A DNA stretch of 64,000 bases from the human T2T-CHM13v2.0 reference genome, Homo sapiens, in assembly GCF_009914755.1 (NCBI RefSeq), contig NC_060934.1, one strand, 5' to 3'. Of the stretch, positions 56,872 through 64,000 are shown one piece after another. Positions within the stretch are counted from its first letter, which is position 1. Every line of letters begins with the position of its first letter. The position numbers were made by a program, and so were the translations under genes. Below the pieces are notes generated by a model that worked only from the letters and a program-made list of their open reading frames with translations, made no database searches and was not told the origin of the DNA.

Positions 56872-57660
56872 TGAAAATACAGCTTTTAACTATGTGCCTT
56901 CGCCTCCATTCCCAATGACAATTCTTTAACATCAATCTCTTATTTCAGGCCTGTATCACAATAATCTGACTCCTAAACTAGTCTCATTCACCCTAGTTTT
57001 GTTTTTCTCAAGCTATCCTCCACATAACTGCCAAAGTGTTCTTTATAAAATGGTCTTTTTTTTTTAAGTCTTATTCTTTGGCTTACCTGCTTAAATCCTT
57101 TAATGGTTTCCCCACTGCCTTTAGGATCACATCTCAACTCCATAGCATGGGTATAAAGTGCTTGCACCATGTCCCATCTCCCCTCTTTCATGTCACTTAT
57201 ACCATTTCTTTCTGTTGTACTTTTCACATATGGTACTCTACACACACAATACTATCACATGCTATGAACTATCTATGTCTTCTTCCTTCTGGTTGGAATG
57301 TCTACCTTCTCATTTTCTGTCTGGCAAACTCCCATTCACCCTCCAAATCTTGCTCAGGTCTGTGAAGACTTCTGACTCTCCATGGCAGAATCTCTTCCAC
57401 CTCTGTATTACCTTACTTTAACAACTATGAAGGAATGTAATTCATAGTGTTATATTTATTTAACAATATGGAAGAATACTTTCTTCCATATTGAGGGCAG
57501 AGGCTATTCTTTTCAATTAGATCTCAGTCTACCAACTGTCCTTCCTCCAAGTGGTCCTTATTTCCTTCTCTTATGCTACAGGCTCTGCCTAGACCACCTT
57601 ACCACCTTTTCAGTTGTGAATGCCACCTACACACTCGTCTCTGATTTTTACTGAGTCTAA

Positions 57661-57870
<210 letters not shown>

Positions 57871-58691
57871 TAATTTTTATATTTTTAGTAGAGAAGGAGT
57901 TTCACCATGTTGGCCCGGCTGCTCTTGAACTCCTGACCTCAGGTGATCCTCCTGCCTCGGCCTCCCAAAGTGCCGGGATTACAAGCGTGAGCCATGGCGC
58001 CCGGCCCAAACAGTGTAGAATTTTCTCAGGTAGAAGCATAAGTCCTCTCCCAGTCCTCTTACCCTAACAGCCAACCATTAAGTTGTGGTACTTACCTTTT
58101 CAGACATTTTCAAGGTATATGTAAACATATACACTTGTATCCATAGATACACATCTTTTACACAACTGAAATTTACTGAAATCTTACTATATATTCTGTA
58201 ACATGCTGTAAGATATTTAATATATTGGGGACATTTTCCCGTATCAGAAGATACACATTTACTTTATTTCTTTTAAAAAGTATATACTCTTAAATATGTA
58301 TTTATCATAGTTTAGCCAAATCTCTATTGATAAATATTTAGGTGGTTTACCATTTTTTCACTATTACAAACAATGCTGCAATGTCATCTGTATGCAATGT
58401 CTTTGCACATTTATGCAAATATATCCCTGCAGGTGGACTGCTGGCAAAGAGCAGGGATTACATTTGAGAATGAGATAGAAAAGTTTGATTAAAAAAAATG
58501 GAGCAATGTGCTTGAGAAGATGAAAAAGGTAGAATCTAAAGCCGTAAACAACAGTAGGTTAAGAATGATGTAGACACGATGACAAAGTTGTGAAGGCGGG
58601 AACAGAAAGTTGAGGTAATTTATTGCCTCACCAAAGGTTTATCAAATCTATAACAAATTAAAAGGAAGAACTAATAAGTGCTAATATTTTA

Positions 58692-58901
<210 letters not shown>

Positions 58902-60631
58902 TTAACCAAGTGTGGTAACGCGTGCCTGTAATCCCAGGTACTCAAGAGGCTGAGGCAGGAGAATCGCTAGAAGGCAGAGGTTGCACTGAGCCGAGATAGC
59001 GCCACTGAACTCCAGCCTGGGTGACTGAGAGACTCCTTCTCAAAAGAAAAAAAAAAAAAAAAAGACAGAATACTATCCTGTATTTAGAATTAAAAACAAA
59101 ATAAAGATGCATGCACGTAATGGGGGAAAAATTAACCTAGCAGTTTTATAAAAGAGGCCTGAAAGTCTGATGCATCATAGGAATGTCTTAACTTCTGGAT
59201 TGAGGATAGGAAGAGAATGAATTCATATAAAGAACTTCAGGCCTTACTGAGACAAACGTTTTTAAAAATCCAAATTTAAGGGGTAATAACACTTCTTTGG
59301 TACTTACTAATCAGGCCACATATGGAGTACATGTTCTACTCTGGACATAATAGATAAGCCAGAGAGCATCCAGAGAGGAATAACAAAAAGTCTAGAAACT
59401 CTAATATACAATTACTACAGATAAAGAGAGGATTTACAGCCTGGAAAAAAAAAACTGTAAGAATCTGAGAGCTGAGCACTGGCTTTAAACATAATATAGC
59501 ACCTTCTCTTAATAGTTTTCCAAGCACTGTCACATACACACTCTTCTGAAATTCACAATAACCTTTTAAGATAGACAGGGTAGGTATCACTGCAGGTGAA
59601 AAAAACTGCCCAAAGTCAAATACCTAATAAGCTGGATAGCCTCCTGCAGTTTAGCTGTTGTTGGTTTGGCTGCTGGCATCCAAACAACAGCTAAACCTGT
59701 TCAGGTAACAGTTCTGGTAACAGCACACCCCTGCTAGTAAAAAACCACTCTATGTGGTTGTGGTGGAACTGTCACACTTATCCCCCACCCCATGAGATAG
59801 GGATTATCAGACTATTTTGGATACCTCCTCTTCATCCAAAGGGTGGGCATGTGATCAATCGGAAGCCGCAAGCATGTGAACGTGGAGCTGCTGGTGACCA
59901 TCACCCCCATCATCAACATCCCATGTAGAAGACCCCAAGATTATAAGGCCACCAAAAAACAGCTAAGGAAAATGAAAATATCTCACACTGACCACGTCAA
60001 ACCAATTGACCTTAAAGTATGATATATGTCTCTTTCTGGAGTTTGGTTACACAGATTGGTATAGTCTCCCTTTTCTACTTAAGCTATTTTGAGTTAGTTT
60101 CTGTTACCTGTATCAGAAAGAATCCCGAATAATACACCACGTACTCTTATTGTCTTTCTACTACAGCTCTTTCCACTACTAACATGAAACCTATGTCAAA
60201 ACTAAGACCAACCTGGAAATGGGAAATTAACAGATTTTAGCTCACTATAAATATTTTTCAACCATTAGAGGCTGACCAAAAATGGAATTGACTGATTTAT
60301 GCAACAATGTTCCTTATTGCTATAAACTGGTAATGAATCCTCACACTGAATGAAAAACTGAATTGGATATTTCTCAAGTTCCTTCCAATTATAAAATCAC
60401 ATGCTTCTAGGTGAGTATAAGGTGTACTTAACTGTCCTTTTTTAAAATGGTAAAGACATCCAAATGAGGATTTTGTTATTTCCTGCAAGAATCCCTGAAT
60501 ATTTAGTCGTATTATTCTAATGACACAAAATGAAACATTTCCTTAAAAAAGAAAAACAGCAAAGCTACAGTAAATGAAGAGTATAGTCTTGGAATTAGAA
60601 GTGGGTTTTACTGGCTGGGCGCGGTGGCTCA

Positions 60632-60958
<327 letters not shown>

Positions 60959-61979
60959 CTACTCAAGCTACCCTTGGACTACCCTGTTCCCTCATCTATA
61001 AAATGGAGTAACAGTTATTTCCTTCCACACCTACGCTACAGGGTTGTTTCATATATCAAAGAGCATATGAACATACTCTCAAATTTAAACACCCATACAA
61101 ATGTTAAATTACAATAGCTTTTTTGGCAGAATCCTTACTCAAATTTTCAGCGTTACTTAGAAATGTTCAACAGAAGTAGCTTCCACTAAATACAATCCAA
61201 TCAATATTTGAATGAAATACATAAAGATTTCTCACTGCCTGCCAATGTAAGTCTTTTATACAGTCTGATAAAGACACCAGCTTATTTTAGGGAAAAAATA
61301 GCTCCAAGGAATCGTAGAAGTCAATACATTTTGTTTAATAATTTGACTAGAAGTCTAAATTAACTGAGCTAGTGACCTTGCCTAAGTTATTTACCTCTTT
61401 GAACCATTTTCTACATCTGTAAAATGGACACAGTGATACATTTCTTGCAAGATCGTTTTAAGAACTGTAAATAGAATACACAAGCTCTTGAGTCACAAGA
61501 GAGGTTCAATAACACTGGCTTCTCAATACACAAAGAAGCATATAAATGTAGAACGAACGCGGGACAACAGGCTGTTGCAGTGAATCCAAATCTGTTACCA
61601 GACTGATTTGGTTCAAAATGGCCAAAAAGAATAAAGTAAACGGCAGTACATTTCATAGACAGAACCCTATGTCTAGGAACCAAGAATCCTCTTGATTCAT
61701 CAGGCTACAATATAACTCGGCCTCCAGCAACAACTTAATGTATCAAAATCAGAAATATACGTACACGATGCAGCGACTGGCTCAGGTGTGTAGCATTACT
61801 ATCATTGGGAACACTATTTCGTCAAACTGTAAAGTGCAAGCAAACTGGGTTCCTGACCTGAATTTCATGGAAGTCTAAACAACTCCATTACTGTACACAG
61901 GAGTCGCCCCAAACAAACATCACACATCTCACTTCTGCCTCAGCAACGGCGGCGACCCTGGGTTCCCCTACAGAGATCA

Positions 61980-62468
<489 letters not shown>

Positions 62469-62727
62469 TCAGACATGGTTTACTTCCACAGTCACACAAT
62501 TTACCAAATGAAAAGTTCCATAGAAGGAGCGCTCCACCTACTCTTGTAAATAGCATCATGAAAATAGAACCAGAGCCCGGGCGCGGTGGCTCATGCCTGT
62601 AATCCCAGCACTTTGAGAGGCTGAGGGAGGTGAATCTCCTGACGTTACGGGTTCGAGACCAGCCTGGCTAAAATGGCGAAACCTTGTCTCTACTAAAAAA
62701 TACAAAAAAATTAGCTGGGCGTGATTA

Positions 62728-62967
<240 letters not shown>

Positions 62968-63491
62968 TTACAACCTCTGCCAATATGCCTCAATTCAAAT
63001 TAAAATTCAAGTGGTTTTGCCAGCCCCTCCTCCAAGTGAGAGGTACATACCTCATCTTAAAGCCATACGAAAGGCATTGGAGAGGACTGGTTCAGTCTTC
63101 TCATTTTGGACATGAGAAAGTGGGGCACAGATCAGACAAGGACTGGCTATAGGTCACACCTGGGGAGTCAAAGTTTAAAGTCAGAGCTCTGCCCTTGATT
63201 CAAGGCTCCTCCTCAGTGCCTGTGTCATAACCAGTGGCCCTTGCTCGGGTGCCTGGGAAAAGGACATACGAAACAGTGCAAAGAAGCCTGCAACTGAAGG
63301 CAGCCTCCCCGGGGGAATACACTGCTGCTGGAGGCGAAAGGAAAAGCAAGGGGCCTCGCAATCGGAGCGTGAGAGAGGACAAACCAGCACTGGAACTGAC
63401 TAGCCAGCTCTGTGTTAGCATGGTGCTATTGCCTTGCAGGTATTTTCCTTTTTAATCATCTCAACAAATCTGAGTGATTAAACCCATTTCA

Positions 63492-63785
<294 letters not shown>

Positions 63786-64000
63786 TCAGTGAGCCAAGAT
63801 TGTGCCACTGCACTCCAGCCTGGCAACAGAGCAAGACTCTGTCTCAAAAAAAAAGTTGGCTGTGCCATTTGACCCCAGGTCAGTCCCCAGATCCTGGGCC
63901 TTCCACTCGGACACACACTCAAGGCCACCCTCAGGCCACACAGAGTCCTGCCACTCCCACATGGATGTTGAAGAATCTCAAAGTTAGATAGAAGTATATT

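Noticed and set aside
58089-58100. Perfect donor AAG|GTAAGT in intron 1
   Set aside because: No convincing upstream acceptor; isolated consensus donors are common in long introns

Overview
Primate (almost certainly human) genomic DNA containing the complete MTPAP/PAPD1 gene (mitochondrial poly(A) polymerase) on the minus strand. Nine coding exons were traced by hand from the ATG at 62276 to the TGA at 26635-26637. They sum to 1749 nt (582 aa), all introns are GT-AG, and the catalytic FGSS..DLD..D motif is intact. This haplotype encodes Cys162 (the R162C allele as I recall it) and wild-type Asn478. There is a CpG-rich promoter at about 61.9-62.45 kb and two candidate poly(A) signals (25.87 and 22.85 kb). 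The rest is mostly transposon-derived: roughly 60 Alus, L1s, LTRs and DNA transposons, including a piggyBac MER85. There are also retrocopies of U6, Y3 RNA, a tRNA-Glu 5' half and the 5' end of EEF1A1 mRNA. Nearly all other ORFs in the track are Alu/L1 artefacts. I do not see a new multi-gene system. The most promising unexplained signals are cis-elements of MTPAP: (i) a T22 tract directly before the start codon that sets the frame of an upstream ATG and also looks like a splice acceptor; (ii) a 41-bp non-Alu hairpin in intron 6 that is fully paired only on the transcribed strand; (iii) an inverted Alu pair abutting the exon 7 acceptor; (iv) alternative poly(A) choice that would include or exclude inverted Alus in the 3' UTR. 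Repeat family names and reference comparisons are from memory and need RepeatMasker/BLAST confirmation.
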